Positions 13,375 to 27,300 of a DNA stretch of 64,000 bases are shown here, piece by piece. A program made the position numbers and the translations under genes. The notes beneath the pieces are model-generated. The model had not been told where the DNA came from, searched no databases, and saw only the letters and a program-made list of their open reading frames with translations. Within the stretch, counting starts at the first letter, position 1. Each line of letters starts with the position of its first letter. This DNA comes from Eledone cirrhosa (Eukaryota): contig OZ024742.1 of the NCBI GenBank assembly GCA_964016885.1, positions 325,190,001-325,254,000 of the forward strand, written 5' to 3'.

Positions 13375-13514
13375 TGTGAGAGTTGGGATATTTATATTTA
13401 TATATAGCTCAAGCGATTAGCGACCTCTAGACTCACCTGATCGATGAAACAACTGTCAATACCTGAAATAAGCCCCTTATTGTACTGCCAACGATGTTAA
13501 TCTTCATACTTTCA

Positions 13515-13559
<45 letters not shown>

Positions 13560-13854
13560 AAGTTTTATTTAAATTGTTGGGTTACAACGAGTAAATATTT
13601 ATAACTGATATAAAAGCACTCAACAAGTATTTGGAGTATATTTACGATATTACATAAATGGAAACTATGTTTATAAAACCATATTTATTTCATTATATAT
13701 ATTTCAGGGATATCATATTAAAAATATGGTATGCCTTCTTCAGACAAAATACAATATAAACAGTCTTATAAATAGATAGATTTGACATACCTTACAACTT
13801 CAACTTCCATTTAAAAAGTTGATTTGGTAGTGAAAAATGTTAGGGACAGTTATA

Positions 13855-14007
13855 AAAAGAAAGAAAGAAAAAAAGCGAAGAAAAAGAAGAAATGCATGCA
13901 ACTAAATAGAGAGAGATAGATATAGAGAGATAGATAGAGAGAAGAAATTCATGTAAAGAAACAGAGAGAGATAGATAGAGAGAGAAAAAACACAGAGGGA
14001 GATAGAT

Positions 14008-14039
<32 letters not shown>

Positions 14040-14075
14040 AAAAATAGAGAGAGATAGATAGAGATAGAGAGAAAG
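13855..14075. repeat. (GA)n/(GATA)n-rich purine tract
   Basis: Degenerate AG/GATA repeats. Confidence 0.85.
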
Positions 14076-14862
14076 AAAATAGGTAGTTGGGCACCAGTTG
14101 AATGACGTATCAATGATATATTTATTTATTTATTTAGTTCTAGTATTAAGGTAGAGAGAGATATATGTGGTTAGGAGAGAAAACAGCCGTTACATAGAGA
14201 GAAAAGAAAAATATCCAGAGATAAACGAGGCAGATTTAAAACATTATGTTTCATCAATGTAAAATATCAATTCGTATGAATTAGGTATTATAATGTAAAT
14301 ATCAGTATTCATGAATGAGACACGTATCAATAATGTGTGAAAAATAATGATCATATGTCTAGTTTAAAATTCCTAGGTTTATATCAGAGCTGAGATAAAA
14401 ACTGAGATAAAAAAAAAAAACTGAGATAAAAACTGAGATAAAAAAATTCAAAAAAAAAAAACAAAAAAAAAAAAAAACAAATTGAAATACATAAGTATAT
14501 ATGCACTTTCATGAAAAAAGAAAAAGAAAAAGAAAATAGAAGGTTATCCCAGATTCGATACTATAGACTTCCATGTGAATTTACGTGATCAACTCTGCAA
14601 ATTCCTATTTCACATGAAAACATTCTCATTGTGCTATAAAAATTCTAGTATACATATATGTGTACATACACACAAATATATATAGAATCTACATTAATTT
14701 TAACAATACTATTCTTGTCTTTACTCTACATGATTATCGTTCAAGCATAAATAGACAACAGATATCAATTTTAGATATCATATTTTTAGATATGATATCC
14801 CTGAAATATATATAGTGAAATAAATATGGTTTTATAAGCATAGTTTCCATTTATTTAATATC

Positions 14863-14908
<46 letters not shown>

Positions 14909-15201
14909 AGATGCATTATTGGTTGTGTAAAATGGTCCAATACATTTATGTTAGCAATATTAACTTCTCCACGCTTTTGTATATCTCCTATTCCATTCAA
15001 GGGAACAGCTAGATGATGTAAAACGGAGTATAAGTATCAAAATGAAAATCCGAAGGCAAGGTAAAATTCCAATCATTTAATCACGGCACATGTTTCAATA
15101 AGAGATAGATCGATTGTGAAGCCATGATCGATTATCACTGATCTCAAATTCTTGATATGAGGGAGAAAAAAAACACGAGGTTCTCTCAGAATTCATTCCC
15201 T

Positions 15202-15266
<65 letters not shown>

Positions 15267-15368
15267 ATATATTTATATATATGTAGGAGGTGAGTTTTAT
15301 TGTAGTACAATAAAGCAATGCAGATATCGGATAAGAAGCACTCTACAGTTTGTGGGACTGGAGTATGC

Positions 15369-15844
<476 letters not shown>

Positions 15845-15904
15845 AATATATATATATATGTACATATACACAGTATATATATATACATATATATATATAT
15901 ATGT

Positions 15905-16955
15905 ATATATATAAAGATTTACATATACATAAAGTCACAGATATATATGTGGCAACCGGTCACGTTGTGGCTCAATGAAGAATTAATAAATTAAATAATC
16001 AGAGCAATATATCATAAATCATGTCCTTAGAATTATTAGATGATTTCTTCTAAGTTTAAATTTACACCTAATTGTGTATGGTTGACGGTATATTTAGTCA
16101 GTTTCTACATGCTGTTGAAATGTTGGGTAAATACTCTATTGAGGTCACTGCGAAGAGGCCGCTTTCGGTTATTTATCAAATATTTCTTAATAGGAGCCTT
16201 TATTCTTAGGGCCTGGTCTAATTGAAATTTTTATATGGTTAATTATGCTAATTGGGTGAGGAAATGGTATATATTTTATCTAATAATTCTAAGGACATAA
16301 TTTATGATATATTGCCCTGATTATTTAATTAATTAATTCTTCATTGAGCCACAACGTGACCGGTTGCCACATATATATCTGTGACTTTATGTATATGTAA
16401 ATCTTTATATTTAATAACTCACGTTGGGTTGTGATGCAATTGGGCTATGTTGGGCTGCGCTTTCCAGCAACCAGCCTACCCGCCGTAAGCAACTAATAAC
16501 ATTCTTTCTAACTTGACCACTGCCACTCACGATTCTTAGTATTTTTTAAATCTATTTTTGGCGCGATCGCTTTGGAAAATTAACTGTCCAACTTGAGTTC
16601 GTCTCCTGAAGAGTCTGTTATTCTAGATTCATCCTAACAATAGGATATCTAAAAATACGGACGAAATCATGGTAGATATGTAATTACGGTATGTACACGT
16701 TTCTTCTAAGTTTAAATTTACATCTAATTGTGTATGGTTGACGGTATATTTAGTCAGTTTCTACATGGTGTTGAAATGTTGGGTAAATACTCTATTGAGG
16801 TCACTGCGAAGAGGCCGCTTTCGGTTATTTATCAAATATTTCTTCATAGGAGCCATTATTCTTATAGCCTGGTCTAATTGATTTTTTTATATGGTTAATT
16901 ATGCTAATTGGGAGAGGAAATGGTATATATTGTATCTAATAATTCTAAGGACATG

Positions 16956-16960
<5 letters not shown>
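15905..16960 (+). mobile_element. HHR-containing ~656-bp tandem unit with inverted 5' arm (non-autonomous PLE / retrozyme-like)
   Basis: tttcttctaagtttaaattta at 16044 and 16700 (about 260 bp direct repeat). 15905-16041 is the reverse complement of 16278-16410. Flanked by (TA)n. Confidence 0.75.
16601..16678 (+). ncRNA. Type I hammerhead ribozyme with long stem II
   Basis: CTGAAGA-gtctgt...(extended hairpin)...acggac-GAAA-tcatgg-TA-gat. Confidence 0.7.
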
Positions 16961-17049
<89 letters not shown>

Positions 17050-17053
<4 letters not shown>

Positions 17054-17490
17054 CATGTACTTCTAGCATAGTTCAAATTCCGCCCAGGTTAACTTTTGTT
17101 TTTGTTTTTGCTTTTGAGGCTCCAACGTAATTTTGTAAATGATTTTTCTATTTCTGACAAGCAACTAATTATATTTACCTTCTTGAACGTCGCATATTTA
17201 GGTGGTAGTTGAAATACAGATAATTCATCAGGGTCTACTGCAGTGTTGCCGTATATATTTGTGTTGTTGTTGTTGAACTCATCTGTTAATGAGATGTCGG
17301 CCATATTTTTACCGTCAATTTTGTCGGGGCTATCTATTGGTATTCTATACAGTATCCTGATTTAGTTTTATCTGCTTAAGCCACTTTAGTTTCTTGTTAA
17401 AGTGCTTATCACATTCTTGAGCAATGTACTGTTCTTCAGGACGTATAAGGCTTATAAATATTAGTTTTTCTCTTGGTGTGGTGATCTTAG
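17050..17490 (-). pseudogene. Inverted N-terminal fragment of PLE ORF
   Basis: ..ELSVFQLPPKYATF..EIEKSFTKLRW resembles the PLE N-terminal region; head-to-head with the plus-strand PLE RT starting ~17490. Confidence 0.65.
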
Positions 17491-17524
17491 TTATTTCTCC
17501 CTGATCATACGCCCCATCATTGAA

Positions 17525-19260
17525 ATGTCCCCAGATGTATGTGACAGCATGGAGGACCTCCTCAGCAGAATCGGCGAGAGTAACCGATCTAGGGACCTAA
17601 CACACTGCATAATAGGTAGTATGGATGTTGTGTCCCTGTATCCATCTATTGACGTGGATTTTGCTGTGGAGAAATGCGTAGAAATGATCAGTGAGAGCAA
17701 TGTTGAGTTCCGTGGGATTGATACCAGTGAGCTGGTACTCCTACTTAAACTTACCTATAGTAATAATTACCTAGACACATATGACCTTAGCAAACTGTGC
17801 CCTACAAGACCAGCAAGAGGCAGACCACCTACCATTACCTCAATGGCCAAGAAAACCCACACAGATAGATGGAACGGGTGGACCAGAGCCATACGGACAC
17901 CTGAAAACCACGATGAACTAAAGAAAATGATTGCACATGCGGTGGGGGCCAGCATAAAATTAACCCTTAAGGAACATATGTTCAAATTTACTGGAAAAAC
18001 ATATGCCCAAGAGGAAGGAGCAGCCATTGGTGTTAGCATTGCAGGCGACATAGCTAACTTATTCATGGTATGGTGGGACAGTAGACTTAAACTTAAACTT
18101 AAAGAACAATTAGAAGACTCCTTAACCCTCATAATGTACTCCCGCTACGTTGATGATATAAACATCGTAGTTAAAACACCCCCACTAGAGAACAGTCAGG
18201 AATTAGAGAAAAACACAATGGAAAGCATCCAGCAAATAGCTAACTCCATCCACCAGAGTATTAGAGTTACTATAGACTACCCAAGTAAACACCCCAACCA
18301 TCGATTACCTGTACTAGACACAGAGCTCTGGTTAGATACCATTAATAACAAAAAACAAATCCTCCATTCCCATTATGCCAAACCCATGACTTCCAAATAT
18401 CTGATCCACCGAAACTCAGCTATTTCGGACCATACCAAAATCAACATACTGATTGCAGACTTGGTACGGGTGATGAGAAACGTGTCCCGCATGTGCAACC
18501 TCGAAGAACTAGAGAGACACATACAACACTTCATCCACCGTATGCAGTTCTCTGGTTACAATCAGAGACATAAAATCAGAGTGTATAGAGGAGCCAGAAC
18601 CAAATGGGAAAAAATGGTAAATAATGACACAAATGGGACCTGCCCCTTGTATAGGAGCAAATTTTGGAATAGAATAGAAAGAACTAGGAATAAGGCTAAT
18701 AGAATAAACTCATGGTATGATAGCAATAAATACCAGAGTGTAATGTTCATTGATACAACCCCTAGAGGTGAAATAGCTTACAAATTTAGAAGAGCCCTAG
18801 ATAAACATAAACTCAATATTAAGATAGCAGAAAGACCAGGTACCTCCGTAAAAACACTTATTAACAAGACATACCCTTTTCAAAGACCCCCCCCCTGTAT
18901 AGATAAGTCATGTATAACCTGTAAATTAAGCCTCCATATTAACTGTAATACTAGAAATGTAGTATATAGCATAAGATGTACTGAAGGACAATGTAGAGAC
19001 AAAAATATAGTGTACATAGGTAAGACAGCTCGTAGTGTAGGGGAACGGATAAATGAACACTGGCGAGACCTTCAAGATAGTAAATAATCATCTGTACTCT
19101 ACCAACATGCTAAAATAGAACATAAGGTTAAATTAGAGAAAATAGAAATAAAAATAGAATCTACACACAGAAAAGACGCAATGTTTAGACAAATCACAGA
19201 GGCAATAAACATAAAAGAATTACAACCAAAATTAAATAGAAAATATGAGTGGAACAGCAA
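17525..19260 (+). pseudogene. PLE reverse transcriptase + GIY-YIG endonuclease (premature TAA at 19085-19087)
   Basis: GSMDVVSLYPSI, GAAIG, YSRYVDD, LPVLD, HYAKPM, CNTRNVVYSIRC..YIGKTAR..ERINEH. The frame continues after the stop as SSVLYQH...RQITEAINI...LNRKYEW. Confidence 0.9.
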
Positions 19261-19468
19261 CATGACAACTTACAATTACGGACAAAATGAAAACACACAC
19301 GCACATAGAACAAACAACCAACCTGTAACATGCAAATAAACGAATATAAACACACACAGACACCCGGATGTGGCGCTTGCGCAGACTGAGCACACAACAC
19401 ACACACAGAAACAAAATGGCGTAGGACAGAACAAAGGAGAGGCACAAAAACAAAGAAAAGAATCCCCA

Positions 19469-19511
19469 GTCACTGAAGAGGTCACATAATGTGTGACGAA
19501 AGAACTTTGAC
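19469..19511 (+). ncRNA. Type I hammerhead ribozyme in PLE pLTR
   Basis: gtca-CTGAAGA-g gtcaca taatg tgtgac-GAAA-gaac-TT-tgac; stem I gtca/tgac. Confidence 0.75.
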
Positions 19512-19704
19512 ATCTGGTTGTGGAACCAACCAACAAACCGGAAATTTATAAATTCCTAAATTTATAAATTTATTATAATAAATTGAAGTGAAAGTTACTG
19601 GTGCGTGTGTTTCTTATTGGCAACATGACCCTCCCAAAGTATAACAATATCGGTTTCAACACACGTTTTCAGAAAAAGAATCTTGCTAAACAAATTCAGA
19701 AACG

Positions 19705-19742
<38 letters not shown>

Positions 19743-19835
19743 CGAAGGAAAAGTGGTAAGGAACCAGGTGGACCATAACGCACCAAAGTACTCAATACTT
19801 AGGGTAGTAGAGTGGGTAATAGGAACAAGTAAGAC

Positions 19836-19865
19836 CCCGACGGCTGAGCTCAAGCCGTTTCGACG
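19836..19865 (-). ncRNA. 3' half of a hammerhead ribozyme (truncated)
   Basis: Minus strand: gtc-GAAA-cggct tgagctc agccg-TC; the CTGANGA box is missing before the (TA)n run. Confidence 0.4.
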
Positions 19866-19879
19866 GCTAATTCTGGACT

Positions 19880-19956
<77 letters not shown>

Positions 19957-20876
19957 CATGTGTTTGTATGTATGTGTGCGTGAGTGCATTTTAAATCTTC
20001 TGTGCCATGGTCCCGCGTACCAGCATTTCGATACCAATCCGTCAGTATGTGCACTCGCAGCATTCTATGTTCATGTGTATGAATGAGTTTATATGCGAAC
20101 ACAGATATTCACATCGGTGGGCCTATATATGTATGTGGAATTGTACGTGTATGTGCTTGTATGTGTAAGTGTGCTTATGTAGATATGAGTATGCATAGAT
20201 AGGTTTATATTTGTCTATATTTGCAAATGTTTATATGTTTATATATGATCTGACAATGCATCTACATATTTAGCATCTTTTTTCTAATATATATTTTTTC
20301 TCATAGCCTTTCTCGTTCGTCCTTCTTTTTATTTTCCTTTCTTTTGTTTTACTTTTTATTTTTTACTTTGGATACGTTCTCTGTGTTTTGTTAAGCATGC
20401 ATATATCTCTCCATCCACATACTTCTCAGTATACATGCCTCTGTGTGGATATGTGCATGTGTAGCTATGCCTGTCTATATGTAAAACTCTCTATGTATCT
20501 GTATGTCTGTGTGTGTGACTGTGGATGTATGCACACTTGTCTACAATACACATTATCCCACCGTATCACTCCGTCAGCGCAGAAATGTATGAGAATATAT
20601 CGGATCTGTTTGGCACGGCGACATAAATGATTTTATGACCCTATACACTTCGCTAACAACTACTAAAATTGATAAAATAAATTCTATCGGATTTGACCGT
20701 AACACAATATCTCGCTAATACGTACAGGTTCCTTAATTTTTGTCACCTCATCGATCCTTTATTTCTCCTCCCAACCATAACCACACTCTACAAAATGTTT
20801 TCCTGACTCGAAAGTAAATAAAAATCGTGTTTCATTGTTCTTGAGGAAGACGGAGTGATTCATCTCGAATGTCGGC

Positions 20877-22174
20877 ACCGTCGTCCCTTGCCCCGGCCCA
20901 ACTCTTACCAAAACGGAGCGCCTCCTCTTCCGCTTTTTGTGGAAGAGACGCGCTCCCATGGTCAGATGATCCATCTGCTGTCAACACCCGTTGCGTGGAG
21001 GACTGGACATGCCATGGCTGATGAGGCGCAAACATGCGCTGAGGCTGCGGCATCTCTGGTGCTTCCTTGACGGTGAACAGGTGTGGTCGCCGTTCGCCAG
21101 GCACGTTTTCCCACAGCTCGTCTCCTTAACGGATCTGCAGTCAGAAAAACCCCGAGGCATAGCGCTTGGAAACTGGAATGTCTCCAGGCGCTCACTGCCC
21201 TCTGTCAGCTGGGCACCAGTATCGGTGAAACATCCACCTCGGCGTTCTATAGAGGACTAGTTGAGGGGAAGAGCGACGACGTTCTCGGAGAAATTCTGGG
21301 CGTCGAAGAACATCAGCTGTTTGCTCTCTGTCGGAGAACTTTCAGCTCGGGGCCTATGGATAACTTCCAAAAATCCCTGGCCTGGCAGTGCTACCGGGGA
21401 ACGCTGCCGGTTCGAGATAAGCTCTACAGGCATAGAAGTGCCGTCAGCCGAGCCTGTCCGAGATGCGCGCAGAGCGACGAAACCGTCGTGCACGCACACG
21501 TTCAGTGCCCGAGCATTGCTGACTTGTAGAGCTATGTCGAACAGTTGCTGTCGCGTGTAGGACTGATCCGGTTATCGACTGAGTCCTTTGTGCAGATGGT
21601 CTCACCGTCTTCCTTCGAGGAGAAAGGGCAGGCGGATTTCATCTGCCTGGTGGCCATGGCGAAAGAGATTATGTGGTGGACAAGGTTGAAAGGGTTAAAT
21701 ACAGACACTTTCCTCTTCGGCGAATCCCTAATTAACTTTTTCAAGTTTCACTTGAACACGAAAATCAGGGTGGAAAGACAAGTGCGGCTTTCTAGCCGTT
21801 TGTTAAAAGGTGGGTGAATGTAGCGAGAATGGTCCGAGTGAACGGGACCGCTCTGAATATACTTCTGTAGTTTGAGAGATGGAAAAATTGAGAGAGGGCG
21901 CTTTCCCTGGTGGTCAGGGTGGCCGTGGTCTTTTGTGTGGTTTTCGCCACGAGTAAACCTCGAAGGTTTCCCCCTAATCGGGAATTTGTCATTGTTTCAA
22001 TTTTCATTTTTATTGTTTATATATATATGTGTGTCTATGTCTTTTTTTTTCTTTTCTTATATAAATAATAAAAAATATTTACACCCACAAAACCCACATC
22101 GTACCGTCCTGTACCGTCCTGTGCCGTCTGTAATGTTTTTCTTGATGTTAGCCCTTGTGGCCAATAAAGAAATC
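20877..22174 (+). mobile_element. Tx1-clade non-LTR retrotransposon T1, 5'-truncated, followed by (ATT)8
   Basis: C-terminal ORF2 remnants (GLDMPWLMRRKHALRLRHL; CPRCAQSDETVVHAHVQC); 3' end gcccttgtggccAATAAAgaaatc. Confidence 0.9.
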
Positions 22175-22408
22175 ATTATTATTATTATTATTATTATTGA
22201 CGACCTACGTAGTAAATCGTATCATCGTGAGCTCCGCAAAGGTTTGTTATTTCCGTTTGTTAAAAATTGCCTTTTATGGAAAATTTTTATTGTTAACTAT
22301 ATATAAGCGCACATACATTGTTTTCCGAAAAGGACACCCAATAAGATTGGGGCCTTGTGCCCAATATTTAAACTTTTATGATTATCAAAAAATTTCTTTG
22401 AAAAAACA

Positions 22409-24294
22409 ATGGCTAATTCACCACTGCACCAAGCAGCTGAAAGCCTTTCTCACAAATTAACACCTCACACCGACACCACCATTGTAAATGATACTACGTC
22501 TGCCAACACACACAATTTAAGCACTAGCAATATTTTAAATTTATCTCAGGCAGACATTCATTTCCCGCCATTACCAATGACTGCAGGTGTTAAAGCCTCC
22601 ACCACAACCACCACCACCACCACCACCACCACCGCGACAACAGAAACAAAAGGAAAAAATAAATCAACTCGTGATGTCGAAATATTTTCAACCAAAATGG
22701 ACTCTCCCAAACCGAACTTCACTGACGTCACCACCACCACAACTGAAACTAAAATTAATAATAACAAAAATAACGATAGCAACAACAACAACAATGACAT
22801 TAAAAAAACCACCCTGAGTTTTGCCAGAGTAGCAAAACAGTGCGAAGCATATACAGTAACTCAGGAAGAATTAGAAAATGCCAAACAAATGGTAAAGAAA
22901 GCTGGGTACAGGGTCAGCCCCCCCCCCACCTAATAAAATGGAGCATCGGCGCCTATGCACCGTGTCGTATCGAACAATAAATGTAAAATCGCGCCGAGTG
23001 GAACGGGCATCCGAGGTCCCAAATACAAAAAGCTTTGGAACATGTGTGGGCAAGAAAAACCCACATCAGACGTGGGCAGAAGTATGGAACCGTGGACGTG
23101 TTCTTTGAAACACCAGAGGAGGCTAGAGAACACTCCATGGCCCCATTAAGAAGTGACGACTTTACACTCGTCCCAAGCTATTGTGGCCAGAGACTCGTAA
23201 AGATCAGGGTGACCCACGTTCCACCGGCCATCGAAATTCCCTGGCTAATAGCGACCGTCCTCGCCGGCATCGAAGCAAACACAAAGATAATAGCAATAGC
23301 AAAAGAAAAGCAGGAGAACTGGTCCGGATCTGGGATGGAGCTCCTGATCCAAGCGGACCAAAAAAGCATTGAGGAGATCCTAGAGGTAATAGACCTCACT
23401 GACGGCAGCCACCTCACCGTAATTGTCGAGGGCAGAAGGCCCAGGTGTGTCGTTTGTGGTGAAGGAACCAACCTAAGGGCTTTCTGCCCTCAGGCTAAAA
23501 GGTTGAGGCCACTTCTCCTACCCACCCCAGTGACACAACCATCAACACCACCAGTAGCAGAGATGGCAGCAACAACTGTAGCAGTAACAACAGAAGCAAC
23601 TATAACAGCAACAGTAGCAAAACCAACACCACCACCACCAGCAAAACCAGCGCCACCACCACCCAACGCTTCAGAACTAGCACCAGCGCCTACACCATCC
23701 ACCACGCCACAACCAAAACTAACGCCTGTGGAGGATTTTCCACTCCCCGGCCTATCACAACTGGAGACAGATTGTGACGACGAGGAGTGGGAAACGGTAT
23801 CAGGAAAAAAAAAAGAAAGCAAAAAAGTTAGGACAGATATGCCACCATCCACACCAGCATCACCAACCCCATCAACCCAAACACCAACACCATCACCATC
23901 ATTAACCCCAACACCACCATCACCTACACCACAAAAGTCACCAAAATGCGAAACAGAAACAAACCCACAACAAACGCAAACAAAACAAAACAACCAAAAC
24001 GATACACACTACACAGCATTAAATTTGAACAACAAGCAATTATTACACTACATCCAACACAACACCAGCATCACAGAAAAAGACTACACAAAAACCCCAA
24101 AATTCACACCACTTCCACACATACAAATCACTCGCATCACACAGAAAACGTACATGACACTAAAACAAAAATTCCCCAAAGACATCGGAGACTTCCGACA
24201 AGCACTCTCCAGGAGGATTTATAAGGACATCCTTCCCCTGGAGGCCACAATTGTGAAAAGGATGGAAAAACCGTCCTTCCTCTACGAGAAGTAA
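22409..24294 (+). pseudogene. T2 ORF1 (Tx1-type ORF1, zinc knuckle, Pro/Thr-rich), frameshift in poly-C ~22925
   Basis: Track ORFs 22409-22933 and 23035-24294 join with removal of one C; VEGRRPRCVVCGEGTNLRAFC; homologous to T3 ORF1. Confidence 0.85.
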
Positions 24295-24333
24295 GGTAAG
24301 TGGTCTTTCCCATCTTTTCCACTCCTTTTCAAC

Positions 24334-27300
24334 ATGACCTCACTCAGAATAGGCAGCATAAATGCGCGTGGTGGGGTCGTCATGGAAGCAGGGCCACCTG
24401 CTCAACGACCTCAGGTCACTAAACATAGATGTAGTGGCCATCAGCGAGACTAGAATCTCCGAAGCACGGGCCTTCGCACCGATCTTCGGCGGCCACGATG
24501 TGTACGCATCGCCCAGCCATCCGGGATCGGGGAGAGGAGTTGCTGTGCTTTTTCGCAGAGGTTTGGATCTTGCCATACGGGCCATCTTCCTGGACCCAGA
24601 AGGTAAGTTGGTGGTGCTGGACGTGACCAGCGGAGACGGGCAAGCTTTCAGGTTAGTGGCCGTCTATGCCCCGAAAGGAGCAGGGCGGCCTGATTTCTTC
24701 CGGCGTCTGAAGACCTTTCTTGGAACGTCCCGCTCTTTAGTGTTAGTGGGTGACTGGAAAGGGATCTTAGATGCACGCTGGGATTGTGTGGGATTAGTGG
24801 ATAGGGAAGGAGGGTGCAAGAGTCTCACCAACCTGCTCAGGCGTTTTGAACTGTCTGACAGGTACCTATTGGATTTCCCGAATGTACCAATGTGGACTTG
24901 GACAAATCGCATAGGGTCATCCAGATCATATCTAGATAGAGTATTTTGTAGGGAAATAGATAGTTCTAGCATAGGCTGTCCACAATTCAAGATAGTCAGC
25001 TACACAGACCACAAATTCGTGATCTGTGTGCTTGACTTAGATAGGCTTCATAGACGAGGATCCGGCTACTGGAAGCTAAACGCGTCCTTACCAGCGCGCA
25101 ATGCCTACAAAGACCGGATTACAAACTAGTTAAGCGGGCGTTGACGGGGGCCATCGTCAATAACAAGTGGTGGTTTGCTCTGAAAAGAGCAATTAGAATA
25201 GAGTCCATTAGGTTTAGTAAGGCTTTAGCAATAGAGAAAAATAGAGCAGAGGGAGAATTAGTTAGAAAATTAGACGAGGCGCTTAGCAAAGGCATCGCGA
25301 CCGACGTACTTGCGGCGAAATTGGCCCTTGACCAATTCTTCAATGCAAAGCACGAAGGCTGCGTTGTCAGAGCTAGGGTGCGTGCTCTCAGAAACGAGGG
25401 GACGAAAGCCGTTCAATGGGCCCGAGTGGCGGAGGCGCGTCGTGGCAACAAAGCCACGATCCGGTCTTTGGTGGACCACGACGGGCGCATGCTACTCGAT
25501 CCCGGGAAAATGTGTGAAGCTTTTCAGCGACACTTCACTCAAATGTTCGGGGGCAGTGGCCGCCCGGATCGAGGGATGGACTTTAGTGTCTACCTCGACG
25601 GACTGCCGCGGCTTTCGACCACTGAGGCGGAGTGTTGCGAAAAGCCGATAACAACCGCTGAAGTACGGGAGGCAATGACTGGCTGCACAATGGGTAAATT
25701 GCCTGGTTTGGATGGTCTGCCCTATGAACTTTACGTACAAATGCCAGACTTGTTCGGAGGCCTCTTGGCGGACGTCTACTGCAACTGGCAACAGAACGGG
25801 AGAATTCTCAGCTCTGTGAGACGAGGAGCGGTGGTGCTGCTGAGAAAGGATCCGAACAAGGAGGATAACATAGATAATTTTAGGCCCATAACTCTGCTAA
25901 ACACAGAGTTCAAGATTTTGGCCAAGGTGCTAGCAAAGAGGTTGGCGCTAGTCGTTGGTGGTCTGGTGGGAGAGGCACATACATGCGCCATTCCCGACAG
26001 ATCCATCCACGACAACCTCCACCTCATACGATACATCGTAGAGAGGGTAGCTAGGGAACCTGGCACGGGTGGGTCTTTGATCAATTTAGATCAGTCGAAA
26101 GCCTTCGATAGGGTCGACCATCGTTACCTAGCGGCAGTCCTGAGGGCGGCTGGCTTTGGGCTCGTCTTCAGAGGCTGGATCGCTGCCATGCACAGCGACA
26201 TCTGCTCTGTAGTGAGAGTGAACGGTCACCTTTCGGAACCGTTCAACATCATGCGCTCGGTCCGCCAAGGATGTCCCATCTCGTCTCTATTGTACGTATT
26301 GACTCTCCAGCCATTACTGCACAAACTGGAGACGTTGAGGGGGTCCCGCGCGAACTAGGATGCGGAAGATCCGTGTCAGCATATGCGGACGATGTCACCG
26401 TAGTGGTGTCGAACGTCAAACACATCGAGGCGATCGGCACTACACTAAGAGAATACGAAGCGGTGACAGGAGCAATGATCAACCAGGAAAAGTCAGTGGG
26501 CCTGCAGCTCGGCACCTGGATAGGCAGGTCCATGCCGTCCAACAGCGTCGTCGGGCGCTGGACGGACGGACCGGTTAAATTGCTAGGGGTCTGGTTCGGT
26601 CCAGACCTCCAGACGGACAAAAACTGGGACGAGGTGACGAGCAGGGTGGCTTCTCTCACCCAGAAATGGGCCGAGAGGAAGCTATCCCTGAAAGGTCGAG
26701 CGGAGGTGGCTAACGCGTACATCGCGTCCGTCATCTACTACCGCCTGACCGTCGTACCTTGTCCTAAGCCCCGCCTGACTCCGCTGGAGCGTTTGCTCTT
26801 TCGCTTTTTGTGGAAGGGACGCGCTCCGATGGTCAGGCGGTCCATCTGCTGTCAATACCCGCTACGTGGAGGGCTGGGCATGCCGTGGCTGATGATGCAC
26901 AGACACGCGCTCAGGCTACGACATCTCCACCTCTTCCTCGACGGTGATCAGGTGTGGTCGCCGTTTGCTAGACACGTTTTTCCCCAGCTCGTTTCCATGA
27001 CGGAGCTGCAGTCCTGGGTCAAGCGAAGACCGAGAGGGAGCGCTTGGAGACTGGAATGTCTTCAGGCGCTCACAGTCCTCGACCAATCGGGCAATGTGAT
27101 CGGTGGAAACTCCACCTTGGCGTTCTATAGTGGATTAGTGGAGGGGAAGAGCGACGACGTACTCGGACTCGGAGAAACTCTAGGCGTCGACGAAAATCAA
27201 CTAGCCAATCTCTTCGGAAGGACTTTCGGGTCGGGGCCTATGGACAACTTCCAGAAATCCCTGGCCTGGCAGTGCTACCGGAGAGCTTTGCCAGTTCGGG

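Larger units (their letters stand above)
8921..13385 (-). mobile_element. Neptune-type Penelope-like element, degenerate, with direct pLTRs
   Basis: pLTR 8921-~9330 repeated directly at 12921-13385. Minus-strand RT GVAMGTRMGPNNANLFVG, RYIDD, FFKSTDSRSYLDFTSSHP and a GIY-YIG region. Internal deletion near 11590 joins ..PAD to LFTLDIKSLYT. Confidence 0.9.
17490..19705 (+). mobile_element. Penelope-like retroelement, 5'-truncated
   Basis: RT and GIY-YIG coding region followed by a pLTR with HHR, ending in (TA)n. Confidence 0.88.

Noticed and set aside
19085-19087. Recoded stop in the plus-strand PLE
   Set aside because: It is TAA at a position with no expected Cys; an ordinary nonsense mutation.
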